Virus record (IMG/VR): IMGVR_UViG_3300036828_000700
Location: 1 to 52,534 of that record
Strand: one strand, 5' to 3'
DNA length: 52,534 bases
DNA from: a virus
Taxonomy: Duplodnaviria > Caudoviricetes
In this document: one piece after another, positions 16,483 to 25,359 of the stretch
Position numbering within the stretch: the first letter of the stretch is position 1
Layout: every line of letters starts with the position of its first letter
Notes under the pieces: model-generated
Told to the model about the DNA's origin: nothing
The model's input: only the letters and a program-made list of their open reading frames with translations
The model's database searches: none
Program-made: the position numbers and the translations under genes

Positions 16483-17265
16483 ATGACAATGCAACGGAAT
16501 TACTTGGATCGAATCGGTGACCAGATGGATCGCGCGTGCGAGGTTCTAGGAACCCTGGAATTTTCCAGGGCGGATTTACGCTCCGCGATCCTGCGCGTCA
16601 AGAACGCTATGCAGACACCGGAGTATCCGGCGGCGGTGCTGGAAATGGAGCGGATCGAACACCACACCGTGCAGCATGGATTCCTGCCCCCGCGCAACGC
16701 AGACGAGATGTGCGAGGAAATTGCGCGGGAAATCAACGCGATCAACCAGTTCAAGCCTGACATGGTCGCCTATGCTGAGGGGTTCCAAGGCGTGCTGACA
16801 GTCAAGTGTGCGGACGGCGAGAGCTTCACGGTTGGCACCGCCAACGAGACGTGGGCGGCTGACTTCTATCCTTCTGACGATGCTGCGGAATCCGGCGAGT
16901 GCTACGTGGGGTTCGACACTGGAATCGATGGGACGTGTACGGATGCTAATCAAGTTGCGGTCGCGATTGTGTTGAACGTGAAAGACTACATGAGACGTCG
17001 CCCAGTGCGCGGCGAGTTTCTGGAAAGGCTGCGCGATTTCCGCGAGGCGGCGGCTGAGCTTAATGCCGCGTGGGGCAAGCTCGACGCTGAGGACAGCAGC
17101 GCGCTGGTCGATTACTACCCGTTCCAGAATTCGTTCGATGAGATGGTGGGCAAAATCGATGAGTGGGTCACGCAGGCGCGGTCCACGCTGAATGACGAGT
17201 GTCAGGAACATCCGGCGGATGACAACTTCGCGATTGAACCGAAGCAGGCGGTGAAAGGAACCTAG
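16483..17265 (+). CDS. hypothetical acidic early protein
   Basis: 260-aa ORF with SD. Confidence 0.7.
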   Translation: MTMQRNYLDRIGDQMDRACEVLGTLEFSRADLRSAILRVKNAMQTPEYPAAVLEMERIEHHTVQHGFLPPRNADEMCEEIAREINAINQFKPDMVAYAEGFQGVLTVKCADGESFTVGTANETWAADFYPSDDAAESGECYVGFDTGIDGTCTDANQVAVAIVLNVKDYMRRRPVRGEFLERLRDFREAAAELNAAWGKLDAEDSSALVDYYPFQNSFDEMVGKIDEWVTQARSTLNDECQEHPADDNFAIEPKQAVKGT

Positions 17266-17310
17266 CCCTGAAACTGCGGGGTCGCCTGCGGACCCCGCCT
17301 CTATCAAGGC
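17265..17310 (+). repeat. structured intergenic element, copy 1
   Basis: GCCCTGAAACT-GCGGGGTC..GACCCCGC-CTCTATCAAGGC; second copy at 18554-18598. Confidence 0.75.
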
Positions 17311-17342
17311 GATTAGGCCTGAACAACCCAAGGAAGAGGTGA

Positions 17343-17729
17343 GTGACGATGAAAGTTTTCAACCCGCAATGGCAACGTCACATGGACGTTGACGATAAGC
17401 TTGCGACCTATATGAAGGCGCAGGGCTACGAACCCTGTCACACGGGCGGCGGCTGTATGGCGTGGTGGAAGGACGAGGAAGGCTTCTACACCATGATCAC
17501 GTATATCGACGTCGAGCTGGGCGACTGGGCGCACATCGACGATCCGCAGTGGCTGGTTGGGCGCTACGGACGCGACACTGACGGCTGGAATGACGGCTGG
17601 GTCTGCTATGAGGGCGGCGTGAAATTGGAGGTGGCGTTTGAGATTGCGCGCCATCTGCCGGATCCAAAGGCGGGCGAGGAGTGCTACGTCACGGCGGGCG
17701 ACAAGGAACTGGGAGGGCGGCGGCGATGA
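17343..17729 (+). CDS. hypothetical early protein (HTGGGCMA motif)
   Basis: GAGGTG SD, 128 aa. Confidence 0.7.
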   Translation: MTMKVFNPQWQRHMDVDDKLATYMKAQGYEPCHTGGGCMAWWKDEEGFYTMITYIDVELGDWAHIDDPQWLVGRYGRDTDGWNDGWVCYEGGVKLEVAFEIARHLPDPKAGEECYVTAGDKELGGRRR

Positions 17730-18079
17730 ACACATGCCAATGCGGTCATCCAAGGCGCGCTCACGATTTTGACTCAGGCAAATGCACCCACTTGAACCTT
17801 GAGCAGGGCAAGTATTGCGACTGCCGTCTCTATGAGCTTGCGGGTAACGCGCGTGTCCAGGAACCCGCGGCCAACTGGCGCAAGGCCAAGGAAGTGCTGG
17901 TGTGGGCGAAGCACACGCGCAAGTGGGAATTTGCACGGCAGGAATTGCCGCACGCCAACGACATCGCCAGAGGCGACACTCGCGCCTTCTGGGTGCGGCG
18001 CGACTACTCCACCATCTGTCCGGTAGGCGAGGAAATCGCCACGCTGCCCGTGCCGCCGCCGCCCAAGGTCGAGGCCTGA
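17726..18079 (+). CDS. hypothetical protein with an N-terminal C.CGH...H...C...C.C zinc motif
   Basis: ATGA overlap with the upstream gene. Confidence 0.65.
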   Translation: MNTCQCGHPRRAHDFDSGKCTHLNLEQGKYCDCRLYELAGNARVQEPAANWRKAKEVLVWAKHTRKWEFARQELPHANDIARGDTRAFWVRRDYSTICPVGEEIATLPVPPPPKVEA

Positions 18080-18153
18080 ATATCGGCTTGCTTGCGGACG
18101 TCTACTATGTTAATTGATTATCAATCTAACTTTCCCATAGAGGAGGGAAGCAA

Positions 18154-18378
18154 ATGAACCTGACAGTTTGGCCCGTAGAGAAGACCAGTGAATGGGTCCA
18201 GTGCGAAAAGCTGGGTTCGATGACTGGCAAGCGTGTCTGCCACCAGCAGGCGTCCTATGTGGTGGCGGTGCGCGACCCTGAGAAGGAAACGGAACTCAGG
18301 CTCTGCCGCCAGCACGCCAAGTACGCGGTTGATGGCGCGATGGATCTGATCCTGAAAGCCTCGCAGGAGGTTAAGTGA
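18154..18378 (+). CDS. small Cys/His zinc-binding protein
   Basis: GAGGAGG SD; C...C...LCRQH. Confidence 0.65.
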   Translation: MNLTVWPVEKTSEWVQCEKLGSMTGKRVCHQQASYVVAVRDPEKETELRLCRQHAKYAVDGAMDLILKASQEVK

Positions 18379-18379
18379 A

Positions 18380-18553
18380 ATGGACGGATTAGTGATCGAC
18401 AATGACGGACTCGCCAATTGCGACTGCGGAGTGGTGGGTTTTGAGGTGACTTTCGGTGCTGACGGAGCGGTCGAACTGGTGTGCGTATCGTGCGGCAACC
18501 TGTACTCGACTCAGGACGTCGAACGCGCACGCAAGGAAGGACGCAGCAACTAA
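18380..18553 (+). CDS. small zinc-ribbon protein
   Basis: AGGAGG SD; translated by hand MDGLVIDNDGLANCDCG...VCVSCGN...*. Confidence 0.6.
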   Translation: MDGLVIDNDGLANCDCGVVGFEVTFGADGAVELVCVSCGNLYSTQDVERARKEGRSN

Positions 18554-18598
18554 GCCCTGAAACTGCGGGGAGGGAAACCTCCCCGCCTCTATCAAGGC
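18554..18598 (+). repeat. structured intergenic element, copy 2
   Basis: GCCCTGAAACT-GCGGGGAGG-GAAA-CCTCCCCGC-CTCTATCAAGGC. Confidence 0.75.
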
Positions 18599-18629
18599 AA
18601 TTTAACTTTCCCACTGAGGAGGGAAGAAG

Positions 18630-19085
18630 ATGAAAGCTCTCAACTGGTTTGAAGTATCTACCCTAGACGATGGCGTGAACTACGGAACCGCCGCTCAGGC
18701 CGTCGTATTTGCGACGGACTACTGGATGACGCCGGATTGCGTGATCCCGTGCGGATCGCGCGCGCGCGTGAGCTGCAACTCCCTGAACGAACTGTGCTGC
18801 TACTTGGAAGTCACGCTGGACGAGCCGCGCAAGGGCGTCGAGGACGGAATCGTGTTCTTTGGCGGTCACCTGGATCCGGGCGCGGACTGCCACGGTCCTG
18901 CGGAAGAGCGCGAGGATGACGCGAAGGAATGGTTCAAGCCGTCGCCGCTGACGGTCGAGGAGGTCACGCCCTATTACTGCACGGGTTGCGGCCACAGTGT
19001 TAACGAGCCTTGGAGCCTGCATCGCGTCCGTTGCATTGGCGAGTGCCCCCAGACGCTCTACCCGCCGCCGAAGGAGGTCAAGTGA
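18630..19085 (+). CDS. hypothetical early protein
   Basis: GAGGAGG SD, 151 aa. Confidence 0.65.
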   Translation: MKALNWFEVSTLDDGVNYGTAAQAVVFATDYWMTPDCVIPCGSRARVSCNSLNELCCYLEVTLDEPRKGVEDGIVFFGGHLDPGADCHGPAEEREDDAKEWFKPSPLTVEEVTPYYCTGCGHSVNEPWSLHRVRCIGECPQTLYPPPKEVK

Positions 19086-19258
19086 TTATCGAGGTCGTCC
19101 TCTGCGAGGACTGCGGGCAGGATGCGCGGGTGCCTAGGCGTCCGCAGCTCCCTGCGTGCACGATGTGCGGGTCAACGCGCGTGTCGCTCTGCGAACGCGA
19201 GGAAACCCCAGACGAGATTAGCCGCCTGATGAAGGCGCTGAACGAGAGGCGAGGATGA
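19082..19258 (+). CDS. small CxxC-CxxC zinc-ribbon protein
   Basis: AGGAGG SD; GTGA overlap with the upstream gene. Confidence 0.6.
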   Translation: MIIEVVLCEDCGQDARVPRRPQLPACTMCGSTRVSLCEREETPDEISRLMKALNERRG

Positions 19259-19533
19259 TGAGTAAGAAACTGGGACATCCATCGAACCGGCAACGCCGGA
19301 TTACCGGCAGGAGATTCATAGACCGTGCGGAACTTACTTACGAGAACGGGAGGGTGGTCGATTCTCTGGTCGATATGCTGACCGACATCCGGCACTCCTG
19401 CGGCCAGAAACCGGGCATCGACTTCGATAACTGCGTGCGCCTGTCTGAGATGCACTATCAGGACGAAATAAAGGGCAACGAGACGCGCCGCACCAAGGGC
19501 GGCTATGTATCGCGCGTGAGGAAATCGCAATGA
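19255..19533 (+). CDS. hypothetical protein (DMLTDIRH motif)
   Basis: Translationally coupled ORF. Confidence 0.65.
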   Translation: MMSKKLGHPSNRQRRITGRRFIDRAELTYENGRVVDSLVDMLTDIRHSCGQKPGIDFDNCVRLSEMHYQDEIKGNETRRTKGGYVSRVRKSQ

Positions 19534-19721
19534 CCCAGAAAAAAGTGCGGAGCGATATCTTCGACGCGTTTACGGCCGGCTTTAACGCCGCTCGCGCGGT
19601 TCCGTCTGACGTTGACAAGCCGCTGAAGGAATATTTTGAGGACGCCTGGAAGGCGTTCATCGCGGCGACGGGCATTATCGACGAGCCAGCCAAGGAATGG
19701 CCGGACTGGATGACCAAATAG
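19530..19721 (+). CDS. hypothetical protein
   Basis: ATGA-coupled ORF. Confidence 0.6.
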   Translation: MTQKKVRSDIFDAFTAGFNAARAVPSDVDKPLKEYFEDAWKAFIAATGIIDEPAKEWPDWMTK

Positions 19722-19748
19722 CAGACAAACAGGAGTCTCGGAATCACG

Positions 19749-19943
19749 ATGACGACGAGCTACACTCAGGACGATGAGCGCAGAGCGCATATCGAGAATA
19801 TGAACATGGACACCGAATACAAACGTGGGCTTTTGAAGTACGAGCCGTGGAAAGTGGTGGTCACCGCGCTTGGTGCGGGAGCTGCTCTCACAATCGCGAT
19901 CATCGCGTTGCTGACCTTCATGGCGGCGAGGGGTTTCCGATGA
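19749..19943 (+). CDS. small C-terminally anchored membrane protein
   Basis: YEPWKVVVTALGAGAALTIAIIALL hydrophobic helix. Confidence 0.65.
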   Translation: MTTSYTQDDERRAHIENMNMDTEYKRGLLKYEPWKVVVTALGAGAALTIAIIALLTFMAARGFR

Positions 19944-20158
19944 AAATCCGCCGCATTCCCAAAGAGGAACTCAACCGCGGGTTCTGCCACGATTGCCACT
20001 CGCGGGCTGAAATCGAAGTCACCTTCGGCTCCAAGCGACCAGCTCTGCGCCTGTGTCTGCATGACGCGAGGTATATGGGTGGCGTGATGACCTCGCGCGT
20101 GGCTGAGGCCGATGCGGGCGTGCCGATTCCGAAGCCAGGGGAACGCCCGTATACCTGA
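19940..20158 (+). CDS. small Cys-containing protein
   Basis: ATGA overlap; CHDC...LCLH. Confidence 0.55.
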   Translation: MKIRRIPKEELNRGFCHDCHSRAEIEVTFGSKRPALRLCLHDARYMGGVMTSRVAEADAGVPIPKPGERPYT

Positions 20159-20449
20159 TTTGCTTATCAAACGCGGTGCCGCGCGGATTGGGTCTTGAGG
20201 AGCGGCACTTCCCTCAAGACCAACCCCACGAGGAGGGATTCCATGCGGCGAATGAAATCCGGCGAAGAGAGGCTGGTGCCACCTTGGGCGGCTGCACAAA
20301 TAAAATACATAGAGGTTCCATGTGGCATGTTTGAATTGCTGGCGCGTTGCCTCGATTGGGGAGACACGAATCAAGACCTGATTCGGCAGGGATTCGTAAA
20401 CTCAGTCGTATTCTCAAAGAATTGATTTATCCAAAAGGAGCGACTAATC

Positions 20450-20650
20450 GTGGTCGAAATATTGGCGGGAATTATCGTGGTCGCCATCTGTATCGCGGGT
20501 GCTTGGGCGCTGGTCCTGTTCGGAGCGCTGCTGGTTACGTCAGCGCTCGAGTTCATCATCTGGGTCGTCACCGCACCCTGGAATATCTACCGTTGGTGGC
20601 GGAACCGTCAGGCGGAACACGAAGCGCAGACTAGGAGTTTGGACGCCTGA
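20450..20650 (+). CDS. small membrane protein
   Basis: AAGGAG SD; long hydrophobic stretch. Confidence 0.6.
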   Translation: MVEILAGIIVVAICIAGAWALVLFGALLVTSALEFIIWVVTAPWNIYRWWRNRQAEHEAQTRSLDA

Positions 20651-22244
20651 GTTTGATAAGCAATTCCTCGACAGCCTGAATCCGTTCCCCGATCCACGCC
20701 ATCACTGGCACCGCCATCGAGTTTCCCAGAGCGCGATAGCGCGGACCATCTGCCGCCGTCTTTCCGCGATATCTGATCCGCGTGAAGTTATCCGGAAAGC
20801 CCTGGAGGCGTTCGCACTCGAGCGGAGTGAGCCGCCGCACGCGCGCCTGATGCAGAACCTGTCGGCTGTGGGTTCGGCCACCGCTGCCCGGATTGGTCAG
20901 GGCATAGGCGGTGTCTTCCAGAAACTCGAGGTTGCGACCGTCGCTGCGCGTGCGCTCAGTGAAGGTCATTACCGCTGGGTAGCCCTGCCCAGGTTTGCCG
21001 CCGCCACAGGTGAGATTGGCCGTCTCATTCTGGGTGACCTCAGCACGCCGGTTTTCCTTGAACGCTATCGCGTGCTGCTTACCAGCCTGCAGGGTGAACA
21101 TGGGATCGCCTGCGTTGCCGATTCCCAGTCCGTCGCCCAGATCCGGCCTGTCCCGCCGTGCTCCGACTTCCAGGATCGGGATTATCGGCGAACCGCGGCC
21201 GGTACCATCCTCCGTCACATGGTCCGTCTCAGTGGTCAGAGCGTGGGTCACCAGCGGCACCCCTCGACCAGTTCCGTCCTCAGTCACTCCGCGCTGCAGA
21301 TTGGCGAGCGCGTGGGCTACCACGAGCGGAGCGCCTCGACCAGTTCCGTCCTCTGACGCATCGAACCCATCAGCTCGCAATGTGTGGGCTACCACTGTGC
21401 TGGAGCTGCGCTCCGGATACGCACCCTTGTAGTCGCGGGCGCTGATGCTCATGGCGATTTCCGGAATGAAATCGATCCTGTCAGGGTCGTTGCACTTGCT
21501 CTCCTGGCGCGGTCGCACCGCGTGGCTCAGGACGGAGTTGTGCATCCGGAAGGTGTTACCTTCGTGCGACCAAGTTCGTCCCTCGTTGGCAGTGACAGGA
21601 TCCGCCACGAAGCTCATTCGATCGGTGTCTGAGCACCAGCCACGAACCCCAGAGCCGCCCCCAAGTGTTCCGGCAGGGTCTTCCCGCGCCGGTCGGCTCG
21701 GCGCAGGATTCCAGCGCAGGCTCGAGCGCTCAAATAGTACTGCGGCGGCAGCTCGCCAGTCTCCAAGATATCCGACAATGAAGACGCGACGGCGGCGCTG
21801 TGGAATTCCGAAGAACTGAGCGTCAAAAATTCGGTAGGCGAACCCATACCCGAGTTCTGCCAGTCGAGTGAGGATGAGTCCGAAAACGCGTCCTTCGTCA
21901 AGCGAGAAGACGCCGGGAACATTCTCCCAGACCAGCCAGCGGAAGCGTGCTCGTTCAACAAACGCAAGCCATTCAAGGGTGAGGTTACCACGAGCTCCAT
22001 CCAGTCCAGCTCTGAGTCCTGCGACGGAAAAGTCTTGGCACGGGGTTCCCGCCACGAGAAGGTCTGCTGCTGGGGGGAAAGGGATTCGGGTGAAGTCTCC
22101 ATGGTTGTGTACTCCAGGCCAGTAGTGTTTGAGCAGGGTGCGACAGAACGGCTCGATCTCAGCGAAGCCCACCGGATTCCAGCCCAGCGGTTCCCACGCC
22201 ATGCTGGCGGCCTCGATGCCGGAACAGATGCTCAGGTAGTTCAT
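20631..22244 (-). CDS. DNA (cytosine-5) methyltransferase
   Basis: Motif I SICSGIEA, catalytic GTPCQ, ENV, QRRRRVF, motif IX RRLTPLECERLQGFPD and motif X RYRALGNS. Confidence 0.95.
   Translation of the reverse strand: MNYLSICSGIEAASMAWEPLGWNPVGFAEIEPFCRTLLKHYWPGVHNHGDFTRIPFPPAADLLVAGTPCQDFSVAGLRAGLDGARGNLTLEWLAFVERARFRWLVWENVPGVFSLDEGRVFGLILTRLAELGYGFAYRIFDAQFFGIPQRRRRVFIVGYLGDWRAAAAVLFERSSLRWNPAPSRPAREDPAGTLGGGSGVRGWCSDTDRMSFVADPVTANEGRTWSHEGNTFRMHNSVLSHAVRPRQESKCNDPDRIDFIPEIAMSISARDYKGAYPERSSSTVVAHTLRADGFDASEDGTGRGAPLVVAHALANLQRGVTEDGTGRGVPLVTHALTTETDHVTEDGTGRGSPIIPILEVGARRDRPDLGDGLGIGNAGDPMFTLQAGKQHAIAFKENRRAEVTQNETANLTCGGGKPGQGYPAVMTFTERTRSDGRNLEFLEDTAYALTNPGSGGRTHSRQVLHQARVRRLTPLECERLQGFPDNFTRIRYRGKTAADGPRYRALGNSMAVPVMAWIGERIQAVEELLIKLRRPNS
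21614..22102 (-). CDS. overprinted alternative-frame ORF inside the C5 MTase gene
   Basis: 162-aa ATG ORF in another frame ending SSLSDILETG..YYLSARACAGILRRA..RGK.LP. Confidence 0.5.
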   Translation of the reverse strand: METSPESLSPQQQTFSWREPRAKTFPSQDSELDWMELVVTSPLNGLRLLNEHASAGWSGRMFPASSRLTKDAFSDSSSLDWQNSGMGSPTEFLTLSSSEFHSAAVASSLSDILETGELPPQYYLSARACAGILRRADRRGKTLPEHLGAALGFVAGAQTPIE

Positions 22245-22654
22245 AGAGTGTGAGTATTGGCAGCAGCTACAAAGTCCTCGTATTTGACCAGTCGCAATTC
22301 GCTATGGCAGCTAATTGCTTCCGCTAGGTCCGTCACGAATACATCGCGCAGGGTCCATGCTTGATCCGGCCCACCGAGCACCAAGTAGGCCTTTGAGATA
22401 CACGATCGGTGGAGCAACATATTGAGTCGCACCGCGTCATAAACGATCTTTTGTTCTGCAGTTCCCGGGTGCTGTTGCCATTTGAGGGATATCACGCAGC
22501 GCAGCTCAGGCATCCAGAGATCGGCGCGATACATCGCCCCAAGGACTGGCGCAATTGGTCGTTCACGCTCGCACAAATACCCGCGGGTGCGGAGCATTTC
22601 CTTGATATCATCGCGAAACAGATTGCCGGTGTTAGTGTTCAACGGCATCGTCAT
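22241..22654 (-). CDS. PD-(D/E)XK family nuclease
   Basis: YRADL...ISLKWQQHPGTAEQK. The likely start is 22654 or 22648 after AAGGTG; the ORF track extends it to 22774. Confidence 0.7.
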   Translation of the reverse strand: MTMPLNTNTGNLFRDDIKEMLRTRGYLCERERPIAPVLGAMYRADLWMPELRCVISLKWQQHPGTAEQKIVYDAVRLNMLLHRSCISKAYLVLGGPDQAWTLRDVFVTDLAEAISCHSELRLVKYEDFVAAANTHTL

Positions 22655-23534
22655 CTTCACCTTGAAACAACCAGTCGAAAGCAGGCATGAAAATGCTCCC
22701 CACTGGCCCGAAATGCTGGGCAAAGCTGTGCCCGCGCGGCCCGAGATAGAAAGCCGCCGAAGGAAATGGCGCACTATTTTCGGAGTCAGAGAATTTCAAC
22801 CGGCCATCGAAGAAACAGACGGGGGCATTGGTTGGATAAAAGCGCCGGAACCAGTGAGTATCGGTGCGCGACGGAACCAGAGCGATCGCTTCCGTAACCC
22901 CGTCTTCACTCAGCAGCTTTTCCACCCACGAATCGATGACGTCGCCGTAGGGTGGATTCATATAAACCCGCCCGCTCCAGGTCTGCGCTAGCCCATCGTC
23001 CTCGATCGTGAAGTGGCGCTTGGCGGGAACCGCCTTCGCGTGTTCAGCGCAGGGATCGAGATCAATGCCGCGCATCACTGCAGAAACCCGCACAATGATG
23101 TCAGGCGGGGTGAGCCACTGATCGGTCTTGCTGCTGAAGGCTGTTCGCAGAAATCCGTTGCCGTGATCTGCGATCGTCCTTTCAAATTTCTCTTCGGGAA
23201 TGGCGGCCAGCTTCTGCCACTTGGATGATTCGCTGCGGGTAACGCCCAGGTCGTTTAATGTCGTCGCCCGCGACATTACTTTCGGTTGTCCCTTGTCCGC
23301 CCGTTCGCCGCGTTCTTTCATTTCCGCCAGCAGTCGTCCTGCGCCGCGCTCCGCCCGCAACCGGATTTCAGCGCACCAATCGGCCATCTCGTGATCCTTC
23401 GCCTGCCTAGCGTATGCCTCGAGCGCCACGGCTTTGTCGCGGATGTCCTTAATCTCATCGACACTGTGCGCCTCAGCCAAAGCGCGGCGGGCGGCATCGT
23501 ACTTGATCAGTTCCAGTTTGGCCGTCGTTTTCAT
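22632..23534 (-). CDS. phage DNA N6-adenine methyltransferase with an N-terminal helical domain
   Basis: DQWLTP, DLDPCA, DGLAQTW, catalytic MNPPYG, VPSRTDT, GRLKF and APFPS motifs. Confidence 0.9.
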   Translation of the reverse strand: MKTTAKLELIKYDAARRALAEAHSVDEIKDIRDKAVALEAYARQAKDHEMADWCAEIRLRAERGAGRLLAEMKERGERADKGQPKVMSRATTLNDLGVTRSESSKWQKLAAIPEEKFERTIADHGNGFLRTAFSSKTDQWLTPPDIIVRVSAVMRGIDLDPCAEHAKAVPAKRHFTIEDDGLAQTWSGRVYMNPPYGDVIDSWVEKLLSEDGVTEAIALVPSRTDTHWFRRFYPTNAPVCFFDGRLKFSDSENSAPFPSAAFYLGPRGHSFAQHFGPVGSIFMPAFDWLFQGEDDDAVEH

Positions 23535-23626
23535 GGGAAACAGACCCTGAGTTAAATCAGTTCTTCTTATGGATTTTCGATCTTGTTGTGCTGTATACGG
23601 GGGTTAAGGAATACAACAACAAACCC

Positions 23627-25330
23627 TCATTCGGTCCGATCCGAAAACAGGTCGTTGGTTTTTAAGAAATACTGATAGCCCTTGCCTGCCCTCTCACGCT
23701 CGAGCTGACCCCCTGGCCTGCTCATCTGGTAGAGCGCGTTCTGGGTTTCGACGCGGGAAATAGCCAGTGCTTCCATCACCTGAGCGACGGACATCCGGCG
23801 TCCCTCTTCGCCGCCCTCAAGAAGCCCGATGATTCGCTCCGCATACATTCGCCACTTCATCCAGGGTTTGAAGTCACCAGCAGGCCGTGCCCAACCTTCG
23901 TTGTCCCGGGTGATGCAAAGCGGTCTGATGGGCAATCCCCGCGGGTCGCGGGTCATGGTGCTTTCGATGGTGTACAGCTCGTCAGTCCATTTTTTTGAGA
24001 GCAGGACTGGCGAGAACTTGGCGACGATACCCTGTGAACCCAGTGCCGCCTTGGCGGCCGTCGTCGCATCCGGCATCCATTTCGGACTGTGGTGGGTCGC
24101 CTTGACGTGGCCGTTGATCTCATCCGCCAAGGTCTGGATTCGACCGACTGCCGTCCGAGTCTGGGCGTACTTGATTTCGTCTTGAACGCGGATGAAGTCG
24201 AAGAGCATATCCAGGATGACAAAGCGGCTACCCTCGACCTCAGCAATTCGGGCGATCTCCGCGAGAATCTGCTCCGGTTCAGGGTTCTCGCTCGCGTTGA
24301 TCTTTACCAGGCGCAAGGGCAACCGGCGGCGCAGCCAGCCCATCCGCAGCAGCTCCATCCGGGTGGTCGCGTATTCGTCATCGGACGCCGCGTAGATGAC
24401 GGGCTGCTGGAGGGTTGCGCGTCCATAGACTTCCTCGCCGGCCGCAATCGCGAGCGCTTCGGTGCGAGTCGCGGTGGTCTTGCCCTCGTGTTTGCCGCCC
24501 ACTCCGAGTGAAATCGCGCGCTCGTAATAGAGCTGGGCGACTGACGCAGCGCGGCTCATATATTCCTGATTGGAGAGTTCCGCCTGTTCTGCGGTTTCGC
24601 AGATTACAACGGAGTGTCCCGGAACGGCTGGAAGATGTTCTTCAGCGATCGCCGGCAAATAATCATCGCGGAACGCCTGGACTATCTTCACCGCGAGGCG
24701 ATGCAGCTCCTCATCGACCTCTGATTCGTTCAGTTCCGGCAAAGGCCAGAGCGGCGACTTCTGAGCGGTGATCCAATCCTTGGCCTGGGTGACGAGAGTC
24801 TCGACCAGCGTGTCTTCTTCGGTGCTGGCTAGCAGCTCACGCTGTTGGTCAGGAACCTGAGTGAACCAGTGCTTGAACCTGTAGCCGACCTCGAGTTGCC
24901 ATTTGCCGAAATCGCGGGAGGCGGTAACCGCCGCGCTGCGCCCCGAGTCGGCGGATTCCCGAGCGCGCTGGGTTCTCCATCCGCCTGACAACGATGGGGT
25001 GTCATCGGTCACCGCCTCGACGTCCGGAAGCTTACCGTTGGAGTAGTGAGTCGTCCCGTTGGTCGAAAGTGCCGCAGCGGGCACCGTAGCCTCAGGAATG
25101 GATATTCTGAGGTCGGCCGCCGTCAGCCCGATTGTGGTGAGTATGCTGTCGGTGGAATCGCCCTGGTCTGCGATGCACGCAAGGAGGATCCGCCCGTTGG
25201 ACTCTCGAGCGATGAGTGACAGTTCTGGGTCACCGTCATTGTGCGTTAAGCATGGGCACTGCGATCGGAACTTCTGATCGCCAAGCCAATGAACACCCTC
25301 GAACCTGCCAGCAAACTGGCGCAGGTCCAT
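23627..25330 (-). CDS. replication protein: N-terminal zinc-binding (primase-type) domain plus RecA-like helicase
   Basis: CPC.HND..LS...LLAC at the N-terminus; Walker A GGKHEGKTT, Walker B VILDML, THHSPK, ALGS; C-terminal winged helix. Confidence 0.78.
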   Translation of the reverse strand: MDLRQFAGRFEGVHWLGDQKFRSQCPCLTHNDGDPELSLIARESNGRILLACIADQGDSTDSILTTIGLTAADLRISIPEATVPAAALSTNGTTHYSNGKLPDVEAVTDDTPSLSGGWRTQRARESADSGRSAAVTASRDFGKWQLEVGYRFKHWFTQVPDQQRELLASTEEDTLVETLVTQAKDWITAQKSPLWPLPELNESEVDEELHRLAVKIVQAFRDDYLPAIAEEHLPAVPGHSVVICETAEQAELSNQEYMSRAASVAQLYYERAISLGVGGKHEGKTTATRTEALAIAAGEEVYGRATLQQPVIYAASDDEYATTRMELLRMGWLRRRLPLRLVKINASENPEPEQILAEIARIAEVEGSRFVILDMLFDFIRVQDEIKYAQTRTAVGRIQTLADEINGHVKATHHSPKWMPDATTAAKAALGSQGIVAKFSPVLLSKKWTDELYTIESTMTRDPRGLPIRPLCITRDNEGWARPAGDFKPWMKWRMYAERIIGLLEGGEEGRRMSVAQVMEALAISRVETQNALYQMSRPGGQLERERAGKGYQYFLKTNDLFSDRTE

Positions 25331-25359
25331 AGCGCGAACCCCCTTCGCTGGTTCAGCGC

